From Eledone cirrhosa (lineage: Eukaryota): a DNA stretch of 64,000 bases. Positions 13,319 through 28,850 of this stretch are shown here, piece after piece. The notes below the pieces were generated by a model. The model was not told the origin of the DNA. It did no database searches and saw only the letters and a list, made by a program, of their open reading frames with translations. A program made the position numbers and the translations under genes. The stretch covers positions 308,016,001 through 308,080,000 of the forward strand of contig OZ024740.1 in assembly GCA_964016885.1 (NCBI GenBank), in the 5' to 3' direction. The stretch's first letter is position 1; each line of letters opens with the position of its first letter.

Positions 13319-14369
13319 AAAGTTATATTTAAATTGTTGGGTTAACAACGAGTAAATATTTATAACTGATATAAAAGCACTCAACAAGTATTTGGAGTAT
13401 ATTTATGATATTAAATAAATGGAAACTATATTTATAAAACCATATTTATTTCGTTATATATATTTCAGGGATATCATATTAACAATATGTTATGCCTTCT
13501 TCAGACAAAATACAATATAAACAGTCTTATAAATAAATAGATATGACATACTTTTCAATCACCTTGCATTTGGGAGGTTGATTTGGCAGTAAAAAATATT
13601 GTGGACAGTTGTAAAAAGAAAGAGAAAAAGAAAGAAAGAAAGAGAAACGAAGAAAAAGAAGAAATGCATGTGACTAAATAGAGAGATATAGAAAGATAGA
13701 TAAAGAGAAGAACTTCATGTAAAGAAACAGAGAGAAATATATATAGGGAGAGGAAAAAAGAAAGAGATAGATAGAGATAGATAGAGAAACTAGGAAGTTG
13801 AGTATCGGTTGATACATTTATTTATTTATTTATTTATTTATTTAGCTCTAGTATTAATGTAAAGAGAGATGTATGTAGTTAAGAGAGAAAATAGCCGTTA
13901 TATAGAGAGAAAAAAGAGAAAATGAAAAAGAGAAAATGAAAAATAACCAGACATAAACGATGCAGAATTTAAAAACGCTATGTTTCATCCTGTAGAAAAT
14001 ATTAGTTCGTATAAAACAGGCATTATAATGTAAATACCTATATATATTTCTCTCTGTTTCTTTACATGAAGTTCTTTATCTATCTTTCTATATCTCTCTA
14101 TTTAGTCACATGCATTTCTTCTTTTTCTTCGTTTCTCTTTCTTTCTTTCTTTTTCTCTTTCTTTTTACAACTGTCCACAATATTTTTTACTGCCAAATCA
14201 ACCTCCCAAATGCAAGGTGATTGAAAGGTATGTCATATCTATTTATTTATAAGACTGTTTATATTGTATTTTGTCTGAAGAAGGCATAACATATTGTTAA
14301 TATGATATCCCTGAAATATATATAACGAAATAAATATGGTTTTATAAATATAGTTTCCATTTATTTAAT

Positions 14370-14375
<6 letters not shown>
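13317..14375. mobile_element. (TA)n-flanked fold-back element: about 340-bp arms 13404-13747 and 14037-14375, about 290-bp spacer, 87-bp unpaired tail on the left
   Basis: Arms are near-perfect reverse complements; each contains an HHR. Confidence 0.88.
14267..14332 (+). ncRNA. Type I hammerhead ribozyme motif (mirror copy 13447-13512, minus)
   Basis: TATTTTGT-CTGAAGA-AGGCATAACATATTGTTAATATGATATCCCT-GAAA-TATATA-TA-ACGAAATA; all three stems pair, AUA triplet. Confidence 0.85.
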
Positions 14376-14415
<40 letters not shown>

Positions 14416-14611
14416 GAATAGCTTTCACAATGTTTGTACATATAATTGACCTCCTTTCCAACGCAAGAGACATACATATATATATTGATGTACAGTGGAG
14501 TGACATCTATTATACTATACTATTTTTGTACAGCAATTCAAATTCAAGATCAAAATCAAAATCAAAATTAAAATAAAAATCTAAATTAAAATACACAACA
14601 CAGATAATGCA

Positions 14612-14669
<58 letters not shown>

Positions 14670-14842
14670 TAAAAGAGAAATAACAGGTAAGCATTAAGAG
14701 AAGGATTTTATCCAGGTATTTACGACCGTTTCATTGGTAAGTGCAACCTTATATTGCTATACTGCAAATAGCAGCCACTCAATTATAATTGTTGTTCACG
14801 AACTGGATCACAATAAGCAATTTTCTGCTTCCCTAACTATAC

Positions 14843-14998
<156 letters not shown>

Positions 14999-15024
14999 AT
15001 GTATATATATAATATATATATATG

Positions 15025-15090
<66 letters not shown>

Positions 15091-15093
<3 letters not shown>

Positions 15094-15345
15094 AAATTTC
15101 CGTTGAAAATTGAAAAAGTCAGAGGAATGAAGAGTGCTCTATGTAAGTTACAGAGCTAAATATTTAATGTATAATAAACAATACAGTATAATTACCTCAT
15201 TACCAGAGGTTTCCCGAATAAGACGAATACAAGACACGTCCGCATTCGTTCATCAGACAAGGTAAATTGCCTTGTCTGATGAACGAATGCGGGCGTGTCT
15301 TGTATTCGTCTTATTCGGGAAACCTCTGGTAATGAGGTAATTATA

Positions 15346-15351
<6 letters not shown>
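15091..15351. mobile_element. (TA)n-flanked fold-back (palindrome 15181-15351) with HHR-like core in each arm
   Basis: CTGATGA (15276), CGAAT..ATTCG stem II, GAAA (15319), CCTC/GAGG stem III, GUA; stem I weak. Confidence 0.7.
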
Positions 15352-15421
<70 letters not shown>

Positions 15422-15441
15422 AGAGAGAGAGAGAGAGAGAG

Positions 15442-15481
<40 letters not shown>

Positions 15482-15682
15482 AGAGATTAGATTGTGCGTG
15501 CGAGTGAGTGCGCGCACACGCGCGTCTGTATGTGTGTTAGAGTGTATATATTAGGGTGTGACATACTGTAAATGTGACGAACACACAGACACAGCTTAAC
15601 TTTGCCAGAGGGAGTGGGTGTCACAATAAGTGAATGATTGACAGAGAGGAGGAAAGAAACTGGAAATAGAACTTGCAGTCAT

Positions 15683-15733
<51 letters not shown>

Positions 15734-16203
15734 AGCAAAGAGTTATATATATATATATATTCTTTAATATATGTGTGTATATATATATATACATATATAT
15801 GTTTATAATATATAGTGTGGTAAGGAACCAGGTGGACCATAACGCACCAGAGTACTCAATACTTAAGGTAGAAGAGTGGGTAATAGGAAAATGATCAAGA
15901 CCCCGACGGCAGTTCAGAAATAGCCGTCGAAACGGCTTGAGCTCTGCCGTCGGGGTCTTGAACATTTTCATATATATATATATCATATATATATATACAT
16001 CATCTAGCTGTTCTCATAAATGGAATTGGAGATATACAAAAGCGTGGAGAACTTAATATTGGTAACAAAAATTTATTGGACCTTTTGACACAACCAATAA
16101 TACACCTTACTATATATATATATATATATATATAATAATAATATATGTTGATTTAAAACTGTACTATCCACAAGTGTTTTTTAGCCTTCATATCATGTTC
16201 TCC

Positions 16204-16274
16204 TATTTTATCTGATGAAAACACAAACATTATTGCATGATGATGTTTGTTTTTGAAATGCGCATAATAAAATA
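16204..16274 (+). ncRNA. Type I hammerhead ribozyme motif
   Basis: TATTTTAT-CTGATGA-(long stem II ACAAACAT/ATGTTTGT)-GAAA-TGCGCA-TA-ATAAAATA; the 3' half recurs in the fold-back at 27135-27335. Confidence 0.85.
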
Positions 16275-16304
16275 TATGGAACTCCTTTAACCATCTTTTG
16301 ATCT

Positions 16305-16353
<49 letters not shown>

Positions 16354-16394
16354 TTATATAATATATATATATACATATACATATATTAAAGAAG

Positions 16395-16430
<36 letters not shown>

Positions 16431-16471
16431 AATATATATATAATATACATATAATATACATATATATATAT

Positions 16472-16534
<63 letters not shown>

Positions 16535-16596
16535 GTACATATATATATATGTTTTATATAATATATATATATACATATACATATATTAAAGAAGAA

Positions 16597-16689
<93 letters not shown>

Positions 16690-16776
16690 TATATATGTGT
16701 GTATATTATATATATATATATATATATATATTTCTTCTTTAATATATGTATATGTATATATATATATATTATATAA

Positions 16777-16848
<72 letters not shown>

Positions 16849-16944
16849 ATATATACATATATATGAGAGAGGGAGAGAGAGAGGGCGCGAAGAGAAACAG
16901 AAAGACGACTTAAAATCATATTTTATTCATTTGAAAATTGCACA

Positions 16945-17005
<61 letters not shown>

Positions 17006-17009
17006 GTGC

Positions 17010-17053
<44 letters not shown>

Positions 17054-17077
17054 GTGTGTGTGTGTGTGCGTGCGTGA

Positions 17078-17134
<57 letters not shown>

Positions 17135-17370
17135 ATAATAGCCGGCGCATCATTTCATACATAACTTAAAGCGTGCGTTGGTGTATTTCTAGCCACATGT
17201 TCATACAGTATGTTTATAAAGTCGAAGTGCATGCGTGCATATGCTATCTTGCTAACATCCACGTATATATGTCGGCATGTGTACACAGAGTGAGAGAGCG
17301 AGAGAATGCGTGTGTGTATGAGAGAGGGAGAGAGAGAGAGAGTTGTGTGTATGTGTGTATGAGAGAGAGA

Positions 17371-17405
<35 letters not shown>

Positions 17406-17454
17406 TATGAGTGTGTGTGTGTGAGAGAGAGAGAGAGGGAGAGAGAGAGAAAGA

Positions 17455-17485
<31 letters not shown>

Positions 17486-17580
17486 TATGTGTGTGTGTGT
17501 ATAAGAGAGAGAAAGAGCGAGAGAGTGTGTGTGTGTATGTGTGTGAGAGAGAGAGAGATTGTGTGTGTGTGAGAGAGAGA

Positions 17581-17611
<31 letters not shown>

Positions 17612-17816
17612 AGAGAGATAGAGAGAGAGTGAGTGAGAGAGAAAGAGGCTGTATGTATGTATGGCAACTAAACATACATGGACCTCACAAGACACGTCTT
17701 CAATTTTCTAATCGACGCATTTATACATGTTTATATGAAATAAATAAACGGAAAGAATGAATCATATACGCATATGAAGAAAACCTATGTATATTAATTC
17801 ATCTTGCTATAGATAT

Positions 17817-17949
<133 letters not shown>

Positions 17950-18157
17950 TAATGCGATGGGAAGTTGTAAATGACTTTACATGTGAACGCTTAATAAATA
18001 TAGATTTAACCAAGAGACAACGAACTTGCATAATATGCCTTGCGCTATTAGTTTTGGCTATCTGCGCTCTGGGTTCCTATCCAGCCCATTCAACCTTGGC
18101 TTTGATTCCTTTCCAGGTCAATAAATAAAGTACCAGTCTAATACTTGATTTGATTTT

Positions 18158-18236
<79 letters not shown>

Positions 18237-19068
18237 ACTCACTCTCTCTCTCATACACACACATATATATATATAGATATATGTGTGTGTGTAGGGAGAA
18301 AGAGAGGGGAGAGAGAGAGAGGGGGAGAACATGCTACCAAACCTCAAACGCTGATTGTCTAACTTCCACTGATCATAAATACCGGCTCACCTTTACAACA
18401 CCAGGCACTTACCTTAACCGATGATAATCTCTCCGATGAGCTGCAAATACATCTTCCAGCGCATTATACAGTCATTTATTGTGCATTTATAATCACCAAT
18501 TTTGACCGTCACAAGCACTTATATTTCTAACGGAACACGTGTCAGAATTTTTCATAAATGAAATATTAAATATCAGTCCCTGTGATTTTTTCAACAATCT
18601 CTGATCTCTCTCTCCCGTTCTACTATACAACTGACATGAATTGCTACTGTCCATATTCACTAAACTCGATGCCTGGTCACGTGATGACCCTCAGCCCATT
18701 AAATTAAACTTTAAACTTGAGTCACTTTTCTACAAAAGCCAGAAAGTACTCCCGAATTTTGGCGCGAAAGTACCAAATTCGATGCCTAATCACGTTTTGT
18801 ACTTTAAACATATGGCCATCAGAGCCACATTTTTTGTATGAAACTGAAAAACATTCCCACCATCAAACTAGGTACGAGTTACAAGTCAGTATAACAACAC
18901 ATTTCTCCATCTATCTTAACTTTTGAAAATCATGAAACTTGTGAAACCGGTGTAGTTATAGATTATTGTAAATAAACCTTCTTAAATACTCCAACTTTAT
19001 TTTTTACTTCTTTTTCCTATATTTTTACCCGTGTGGATATGTTAAAAAAAACCTTACTTTTGAATATA

Positions 19069-19277
19069 TATATTCATTTTATTAAGACTGAATAGTGACT
19101 CTTGTTACTCTGGAGTTTCGCCTGCTTATCACAGGGTCATTGGACAAGTTTTTGTCTGATGACCCTGTAATAAACTCCAGAGTAACAAGGCTCACTATTC
19201 AACCTTAATAAAAGGAATATTAAAAATCTACTTCGATATTGAGTACTCCTTTCATTCAGCCGTCAACCACATACGGA
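19069..19277. mobile_element. Decayed (TA)n-flanked fold-back with HHR
   Basis: Consensus of the two arms gives TTGT-CTGATGA-CCCTGTGATAAGCAGGC-GAAA-CTCCAGAG-TA-ACAA. The left arm has core substitutions; the right arm has a deletion into GAAA. Confidence 0.75.
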
Positions 19278-19302
19278 TACATATATACATATATACATGC
19301 AG

Positions 19303-19509
<207 letters not shown>

Positions 19510-19626
19510 TAATTTAATATATCTACTAACATAAGCGCACAGATGTACGCTAATGCCAGCAAATACACAGGTTATGTCATAGTACCTAGGTGGTTCAATG
19601 CAGGAGAATGCAGAACAATAATATAC

Positions 19627-19657
<31 letters not shown>

Positions 19658-19676
19658 CATATATATTATATATATA

Positions 19677-19953
<277 letters not shown>

Positions 19954-19958
19954 CATAT

Positions 19959-20011
<53 letters not shown>

Positions 20012-20025
20012 ATATTTTTTTTTTA

Positions 20026-20355
<330 letters not shown>

Positions 20356-20403
20356 AGAGAGAGAGAGATTACATGAAACAAAGTTCTGTTTAAATCATTT
20401 ATC

Positions 20404-20450
20404 TGCTTACAATTGTTTCTTCCAAACCGAGGTTTGGAGTCTTCGGAGCA
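20404..20450 (-). ncRNA. Hammerhead motif with one core substitution (CCGAAGA)
   Basis: Reverse complement TGCT-CCGAAGA-CTCCAAACCTCGGTTTGGAA-GAAA-CAATTG-TA-AGCA; adjacent sequence is homologous to 14445-14590. Confidence 0.7.
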
Positions 20451-20873
20451 ATTATTCAATGATTTTTAACATACTTGACCTCCCTTTCAACACAAGAGAC
20501 ATATAGAAACATATGTATATATTGACCCACAGTGGGTTGACATCCATTATAATAATATAGCATGGTAATTTACATACAAAGATTACAGTCATATTAAAGG
20601 ACAAAATTAAAGTTAAAATTAAAATTAAAATTAAAATAAAACATTGGCAGTCTACTAAGATAAAGCAAAAGGAAAGTTTGGAGTAGCCAGTGTATGCAAC
20701 AGTCACACGTGTGGCATGCACGCGTGTCCTATTTATACAAGATTATAGTGCGGCAGATTGTTACAAGTAAAACAAGCAGTAAAAGCAGGCAATTAAGAGC
20801 ATCATGGGGGCTGAACTGGTTAAGCATTATTCACACACACCTGTACGATATAGAAGCCCGTGTGTGGAGAAAC

Positions 20874-21037
<164 letters not shown>

Positions 21038-21542
21038 GGAAGATGGACATTGTTTAGTGTTCCGAACTTGCCTGCTACACCGTTCATCCAATTTTCATGA
21101 AACCTCCCACATATATAAAACTCAACGCGTAGAGTGGAATAGGCTACTAGAAATTTTCGAAAAATCGATAATCGGGCCCTATGACAGAATGTTTTTCGAT
21201 TCCAATGAAATGTTATGTGAATTCGAACACAAGAACTCTTAGTTTACATCTGGCGCAATAAAAATAAATTTCATATGCCCATATAAGGACGTGCGTTATT
21301 TATTGGACGGCCAGCTGCATGTCTTCCCAGCTGTCTCAGTAAACGACCGACAATTAAAGAGTTTCTTTTCATATTCCACCTTATTCAAGTGGAAATACAG
21401 TATTATCCCTATCTGAAAAGGGAACCAAATTTAATGGTGTCTTTTGTGAACCTAAAAGCTGTGAGTAAATTTTCAAACAGTCTTAAATAATCATGACACC
21501 TATTTTGTCACACCTTGGTCATGAATTCGTATTCTTTTCCAA

Positions 21543-21800
21543 TAGATATTTTCCGCTCTATAAGGCTCACCAGGATATAAGGCGTATCATTTAAAATCAG
21601 GTCCGCGCAACGGCGTGTAAGGCCAACCAGAACATGCTATCTTCTTTACTTTTAGTCTAGATCTATTACTTCTGTTAGAGCCGTGATTGATTACCATTGT
21701 ATTATTTATACATAAGGCTCACCGGAGTATAAAGCGCAGAGCTGTTTTTTGATTAAATTTAATTATTTTAAGTGCAATTTATAGACGGGAAAATTCGGTA
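21543..21800. mobile_element. Tc1/mariner (pogo-like) MITE nested in the Helitron
   Basis: Left ATTTTCCGCTCTATAAGGCTCACC, right TTATAGACGGGAAAATTCGGTA; internal TATAAGGCG-type repeats. Confidence 0.6.
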
Positions 21801-21922
21801 AGTTATTGTAATCATATTTCCAAACCTTCACATTCACCAGTAACCATGCTAACGAATCTGGTGTCATCTCTCTTTGTATTTAATCACCTCTCTCTAACCT
21901 AACAGCTTCGTTACACGTCGTT

Positions 21923-22410
21923 ATGCCCACACGGAAACGTTCAAGACTTACCTCCAAAAAAGGTACAGCTATTACTTTGAGACAATGAATTAGGCGTTCT
22001 CAGGTATGAGTTCATTCACAATTGATTAATCCTTTATGCAATATTCTCCCTTAATGTTAGCAAGTACTGCGTTTATCCTAACTGTCACCACTTTTAAGCA
22101 ACTACAACATTCTAATCGTAGTTATATTAAATTTATTGTCTTACCTTGATTCCCTTTTGTTCATGTTAGACTTTTCTCATTTACTATTGACACTGCCATT
22201 GGCTTAGCTAACCAGTAGAATTAATTAATTTTCTCTAGGAAACACCTGCTGAGCGCGAATCTCGACTCGCTGATAGACGTCTTTCCCGGATGGTTGAGTC
22301 ACCAACATCACGTACGACAAGGCTTGCTGATGTTCGCCTTCGTCGCCAACAAGCGCTGACGGAGGAATCACCAACATCCCGTCAGACGAGGCTTGAGGCT
22401 GTGGCAAAGG
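21923..22410 (+). pseudogene. Helitron RepHel N-terminal relic (2 exons)
   Basis: MPTRKRSRLTSKKGTAITLRQ*IRRSQ | ETPAERESRLADRRLSRMVESPTSRTTRLADVRLRRQQALTEESPTSRQTRLEAVA; phase-0 intron 22004-22238. Confidence 0.6.
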
Positions 22411-22838
22411 GCAATAACCCTAGATACAATTTTGATCAACTTTTTTTCACCTATAGCAAATTTACCGCGACAGGTTTTTAGCTACTCAAATCTACTTCAG
22501 AGATCACGCATTGATGTAAAAAATCAATAAAACTGAAGCGGGGCTCGACTTTGCGCAAAAAAACAAGGCAAAGTTACACATGGGAAAACTTTTTACAGGA
22601 ACGTCCTATATTCTTGAAAACTGTCACAAAAGACTCGCCATTATGCCGCGGTTAAGATAAAGGCCCTTCGATACACTGTGTAACTACAATTAATAAATTA
22701 CACACCTGTGTCTACTAACCTATTTTTTTCCATTGAAGTTCGAAGTTTTGAACCTGTGATGCGCGGGAAGTAACTTTCACACATTCTAACAGACCAAAGG
22801 TCGACTTACACCCGGGCAACGCCTGGTACTTCTGCTAG

Positions 22839-22909
<71 letters not shown>

Positions 22910-23729
22910 ATACTAGACCACCCGTGAACGGTTGGGTCACGTTCACTTAAAAATAATTTTTAAATAATTAAAATCTACACAGACATGTCTCTCTTTCAAT
23001 CTACTGTCTCACAACCACGATCTCTTCCTCTCTATCTTCTTCTCTCTTTCGAAATTTCATGATTGAAAATACTTGCTGGTGTGGCTGGGTACTGGGAAGA
23101 TAGCAAAGGAGAAAACTGGAACAGGATTAAATTTGGGGGAACATTTTTGAACATTGCAGTGGGAGTTGAGGTTATGTCAAGTTGATGAAAACAACTACAG
23201 GCTTTGCTTTTATGAGAACTCCTCAGTGAAGCATATTCACATAGCAATTTGACTAGTAATGGTCAAATATCTATATATTGGAAAGAGGAAAGGAACTATG
23301 TGCTGAATATGTGTAACAAAGAGTAGAGGGGATAATTCCCGAGGGAGGTTTGGTTCGTGAAATTACGAGGACAGACTTAGTTGATTGAATTTTCTTTTTT
23401 CTTTTGCTCTCACCTTATTTAGAAAGCGAAACCGTATCAATATGTATGCACTTCATGCATATTCTGTTCTAATATTGATTCACACACACACACACGGACA
23501 CGCACACGCACATGCACACAGACACGCACACAGACACACACACAGACACACATACACACACACGTACATACGTACATACATACATACATACGTACATACA
23601 TACATACATACATACATACATACATACATACATACATACATACATACATACATACATACATACATACATACATACATAAAAAACACATTAAAAGCTACAG
23701 CAATGTGGAAGACATACATATACATAATA

Positions 23730-24360
23730 TGAAAGAGTACTGGTGGAATGTTCTAGTATAAAACCCAATAAAATGCAGGCATAACAGACCAGATATTATG
23801 ATATGGGACAGGGAAAAGAAGGCATGCACAGTAGTGGAAGTTAGTTGCCCAGAAGATGCCAATATAATATCAAAGATTAGCGAAAAGGCGAATATTTATG
23901 CAGAACTGATCAGAAATCTGCAGATACTCCACCCTGATTACACCTTCAGATTTATGCCTGTGATTATTGGGGCACTGGGGTATGTTAGTAACTGACTCAA
24001 TACAAATCTTAAGAAGCTGGGCTTCACAGGAACAGAAAGAAGACAACTAGTTAGGAAATTACAAGTACAATCCATTAATGGAACAGTAAAAATATGTAAA
24101 ACATTCCAAAAATGTTGCATCTAATGACTGCATATACACATATACAGATACAAAGCGTATACACATGCACACATACGACTCAAAACATCCACATCCACAC
24201 ATACAATAACATCCATATCTACACATGCATGCATGCAGACATGCATACATATCTACCTAGTTCATGTTGTGTAAATTCCAATGAGAGAGTCTTGTGTCTA
24301 TGTTAGAAACCGACTCTCTCTCTATTGGCAGAAATTTGTGAAATTATAAAACCAGAAGAA
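23730..24360 (+). mobile_element. R4/Dong-like non-LTR retrotransposon 3' fragment (restriction-like endonuclease plus 3' UTR)
   Basis: HNRPDIMIWDREKKACTVVEVSCP...KANIYAEL...PVIIGALG is a PD-(D/E)xK-type RLE motif; both flanks are (CATA)n. Confidence 0.82.
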
Positions 24361-24429
24361 CATACATACATACATACATATATACACACACACATACATA
24401 TATACATACATACATACATACATATATAC

Positions 24430-25835
24430 ATGATGGCTACAAACTCTGCTAAGAGTATTACAATCGCTTGTCAGATTACAGAAAATGGTGTACTTTTAGG
24501 CTACAGCCAACCACACAAACCTGTAACATATCCTGAACAAGCAATGCCTGTGCTTTGAAGGTCTTTTAAGTGGGGAAAGGCCTTACAGTTGGCCAATCCC
24601 ACTCGCTGAGCATCGAAAACACTACCCGAAAAGGAGAACTGGTCAACATCATTCGATGCTTCCGAAGATGCAGGTTTTTTTTCAGAGTTTCCCTCTCCTA
24701 GAAAGGTGTTGTGACAACAACTGGGGTCCTTTCACTCCCAGGTGGAAAACAAAATACTATTTGGATGGCTGTTGACTTTGCTGAGTTCCTCCTCCCTTTG
24801 CCGGGTCTTGTATTCCATCCGACAGAGTGTCTAAATATCACCCTCCTCACCAAGCTACCTTGGTGGGGTTACTGGTTTAGTCGTCGATGACCCAACCATG
24901 AGACAGGTTGTACTGGGTTACATACATACATGATGATGGTTGCAACTCGATTTCGAGTAATGCCATCGCTTGATACTTCAGCATGAGCATCACAGTCGTG
25001 GCTATTTAGTCCTGCTAGGGACTAGCCTATGGTTAGCAATACCATGTATCACAAAATAAATGTCACATTTCAAGCGATGCCTGTGCTTGAAGCTTTTTTA
25101 AGTGAGGAAAGACTTATCACAGGGCCAATCCCACTCTCTGAACATCGAATGGTTTGCACAAAAGGAAGAACTGGTTTACATCATTGGATGCAAACGACGT
25201 AACAGGTTTTATATCAGAGTGAATTTCTCCTTGAGAGATCTCTTAATGAAGACTAGGAGTCTCTCGCTCCACAAAAAAAAATTATTGGATGGCCGTTGAC
25301 TCTTCTTAGTTCCTCGGGTTTTGATTTTCATCCCACCACAGGGTGTCCAAAATCACCCCCCTTCACCAAGAAAGTTTGGTGTGGTTGCCGATTAGTCGCC
25401 GACGAACAGGTTGTACTGGGTTACATGTTACCAGTACTGCTAAAGAGTGACCTGATATACATACATGGTGGCTGCCAACTCGTTTTCGAGTACGGCCACT
25501 ACTTTATATCCATGTAGGAGAACCCCTGCCGATGCGCTGAACGAGTGTGACTTTTTAGTCCAGCCAGCGACTTGAAAACTCTGGTACAAACATTACACTT
25601 GTGACAATTATTGACACATAGTGCTGGGCCCATGGTACCATGTGACAACAAGTGCAGAGAGATCTCCAGATATAAAGCAATGCCTGTGCCGTGAAGCTTT
25701 TATAGTGAGCAAAGGCACTGCACAAAGCCAGTCCCACTCTCTTAACCAAGATGATATTTACCAAAAAGAAGAACAAGTCAACATCATTGGATACCATCAG
25801 GGTTGCAAGTGTTATATCAGAGTTTTCCTTCTCCT
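24430..25835 (-). mobile_element. Three adjacent non-coding repeats of one family (RTE 5'-UTR-like, non-autonomous) separated by (CATA)n
   Basis: 24430-24922, 24930-25455 and 25465-25835 are mutually similar and match plus-strand copies at 44593-44753, 59917-60268 and 60381-60988. The RTE assignment rests on the CTAGGAGAAGGAAAACTCTGAT motif only. Confidence 0.6.
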
Positions 25836-25873
25836 ACATACATACATACATACATACATACATACATTCATAT

Positions 25874-26094
25874 CAGGGACGATGGAAGCACTTTTGAATG
25901 GGGAGGTGGGCAAATTTGGTCAATTTCATTGTAGTGATTAGTTTAGCTCTTTGCGCTCTAAAATGGTCAGAAAGCTTTGATATGCGATAAACATAACATG
26001 TACATAAATTGTAGCACATATCCAAATATAATCATTGGGGGGTGGGGTGGGGGCCTCGCCCTGCTGCCCACCCCCTCCTCCTTTCACCGTCCTG
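25874..26094. mobile_element. hAT-like MITE
   Basis: Termini CAGGGACG...CGTCCTG with G/C-rich subterminal hairpin; TSD not clean. Confidence 0.5.
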
Positions 26095-26207
26095 AACATA
26101 TATATAATGTAAAAAAAATAATGCTCTGTACCCTTTCCTACGGAGTTGATATATCGAGTTTCTTCGCATTTGGTAATAAACTGGTATCATACACAATTTA
26201 TTCATCT

Positions 26208-26272
<65 letters not shown>

Positions 26273-26277
26273 CGAGA

Positions 26278-26440
26278 GAGTGAAGAATAACATGGTCAAC
26301 AGTACAAAAAAGGGTTTTATTTACAGTATTAACAATTGTTTCACTGATTAAGTTGTCTAAAAATTGCTGAACACTTGAAGCTGTGCCACTCAATTTTAAA
26401 TACGTTGTTAGCATAACCAGATCATCAGAAGTCCTACATC
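26278..26440 (-). ncRNA. Hammerhead motif with about 80-nt stem II, partly decayed (related plus copy 27743-27912)
   Basis: Reverse complement CTGATGA-TCTGGTTA...TAATCAGT-GAAA-CAATTG-TT-AATACTG; the sister copy supplies stem I 5' strand CAGTATT. Confidence 0.62.
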
Positions 26441-26638
26441 CCACAAAGCATGTTGCCCGACGCTCTACCGATACTGCCAATCCACTGCCCTGAAAATATA
26501 TAATGATGGTTTCTTATATAGGCACAGTGCCAGCAATTTTGTGGGAGGGGAAAGTTGATTAAATCGACACCAGTGCATTACTGGTGCTTTATTTTATAAT
26601 GACTTCTTATTTAGACACAAGGATAATTCCCCCTCCCC

Positions 26639-26671
<33 letters not shown>

Positions 26672-26678
26672 ATATATA

Positions 26679-26722
<44 letters not shown>

Positions 26723-26726
26723 TATA

Positions 26727-26756
<30 letters not shown>

Positions 26757-26764
<8 letters not shown>

Positions 26765-27080
26765 TAAAATAACAGATTAAAGTTTAAGCAAAGAATCGCT
26801 GCTTTCACCCTTAACGGGATCTTCTGAAACTAACAAAGTCAATCTGTAAACGCAGAACTGGATATTTCAAAAAACGTTGCAACCGGAAGGAGACAGGAAG
26901 ACGTTTACAGATTGACTTTGTTAGTTTCAGAAGATCCCGTTAAGGATGAAAGCAGCGATTCTTTGCTTAAACTTTAATCTGTTATTTTAATAAATATTTG
27001 CTCTACGGTTTTTATATATTTGATATATATTTATCCTTATCGAGCCCTCTTTGGATTTTAGTCTTCAAATTTATTATTAT

Positions 27081-27083
<3 letters not shown>
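26757..27083. mobile_element. (TA)n-flanked fold-back (arms 26757-26852 and 26902-26997) with variant HHR core CAGAAGA
   Basis: AGTTT-CAGAAGA-TCCCGTTAAGGAT-GAAA-GCA..TGC-TT-AAACT. Confidence 0.75.
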
Positions 27084-27586
<503 letters not shown>

Positions 27587-27622
27587 ATATTATATTTATA
27601 TATATTATATATATATATATTA

Positions 27623-27688
<66 letters not shown>

Positions 27689-27907
27689 TTATTGTTTTGA
27701 ATCTCCGATGTATCTATAAATACTAATGCCATGTGTTAAACCCTCCAGTATTCCGATAATTTGATCAGAGACACAAACTGTATTTAAGGTCGAGTGACGC
27801 AACTTCGAGTGATCAGCGGCCTTTAGACTCACCTGATCAGTGAATCAATTGTTTATACTGTAAATAAAACCCTTTTTGTACAGCCGACCGTGTTATTCTT
27901 CACTCTT

Positions 27908-27975
<68 letters not shown>

Positions 27976-27979
<4 letters not shown>

Positions 27980-28402
27980 AAAGAATAGAGGTGTAACACA
28001 CAAGTTATTATATATTGGTAAACGGAATAGAAAATGCTGACAAATTGTTCACAGTTGAAAAATGGTTTAATTAGGAATAAAAGAGTATTGGTGATTGTAT
28101 GGGTTAGTATTCAGTTGTGGTTTTAAGTTTTTAAGTTTTTACCGGTTGCGCATTTCTAAATGCTTTTCAAAAATAATTTTGAGATAGAGTGTCCCTGCTG
28201 TTTGCTCTGATCAGAGCAAACAGCAGGGACACTCTATCTCAAAATTATTTTTGAAAAGCATTTAGAAATGCGCAACCGGTAAAAACTTAAAAACTTAAAA
28301 CCACAACTGAATACTAACCCATACAATCACCAATACTCTTTTATTCCTAATTAAACCATTTTTCAACTGTGAACAATTTGTCAGCATTTTCTATTCCGTT
28401 TA

Positions 28403-28410
<8 letters not shown>
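27976..28410. mobile_element. 400-bp spacerless palindrome (28011-28410) plus short tail, in (TA)n
   Basis: Axis CTGA|TCAG at 28210/28211; arms are reverse complements as far as can be read by eye. Confidence 0.9.
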
Positions 28411-28467
<57 letters not shown>

Positions 28468-28807
28468 CTCTCCCGCTCTCTTGGCAAACATACATAATAT
28501 AAACACTCGCATATGTAAGATACATATAATCCATGTATTCTAGAACGCGCGCGCATATATACAGAAAGAGGGGGGAGAAACAAAGAAAGAGAGAAAGAAA
28601 GAAAGGGGAAGAGGGAGAAAGAGAGAAAGAGCTACAAACATATATGTACACATAATTCCTCTTTAGACCCAAACTGAAACGAAACTAACCAGCAATCGAA
28701 CTCAAAAGACAAAACTGTATCAACAACTTCTACGAAATAACAAACACTAATATATTTAAAACAAACATGTAGGACAAAACAAAGGAGAAACACAAAATAA
28801 CAAATTA

Positions 28808-28850
28808 GTCACTGATGATGTCGCAGTATGTGTGACGAGAGAGCTTTGGC
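28808..28850 (+). ncRNA. Decayed hammerhead motif (GAAA to GAGA)
   Basis: GTCA-CTGATGA-TGTCGCAGTATGTGTGAC-GAGA-GAGC-TT-TGGC. Confidence 0.55.

Noticed and set aside
18758-18769. E2F-like site TTTGGCGCGAAA with a nearby CACGTG
   Set aside because: No associated gene or promoter context; short motifs occur by chance.
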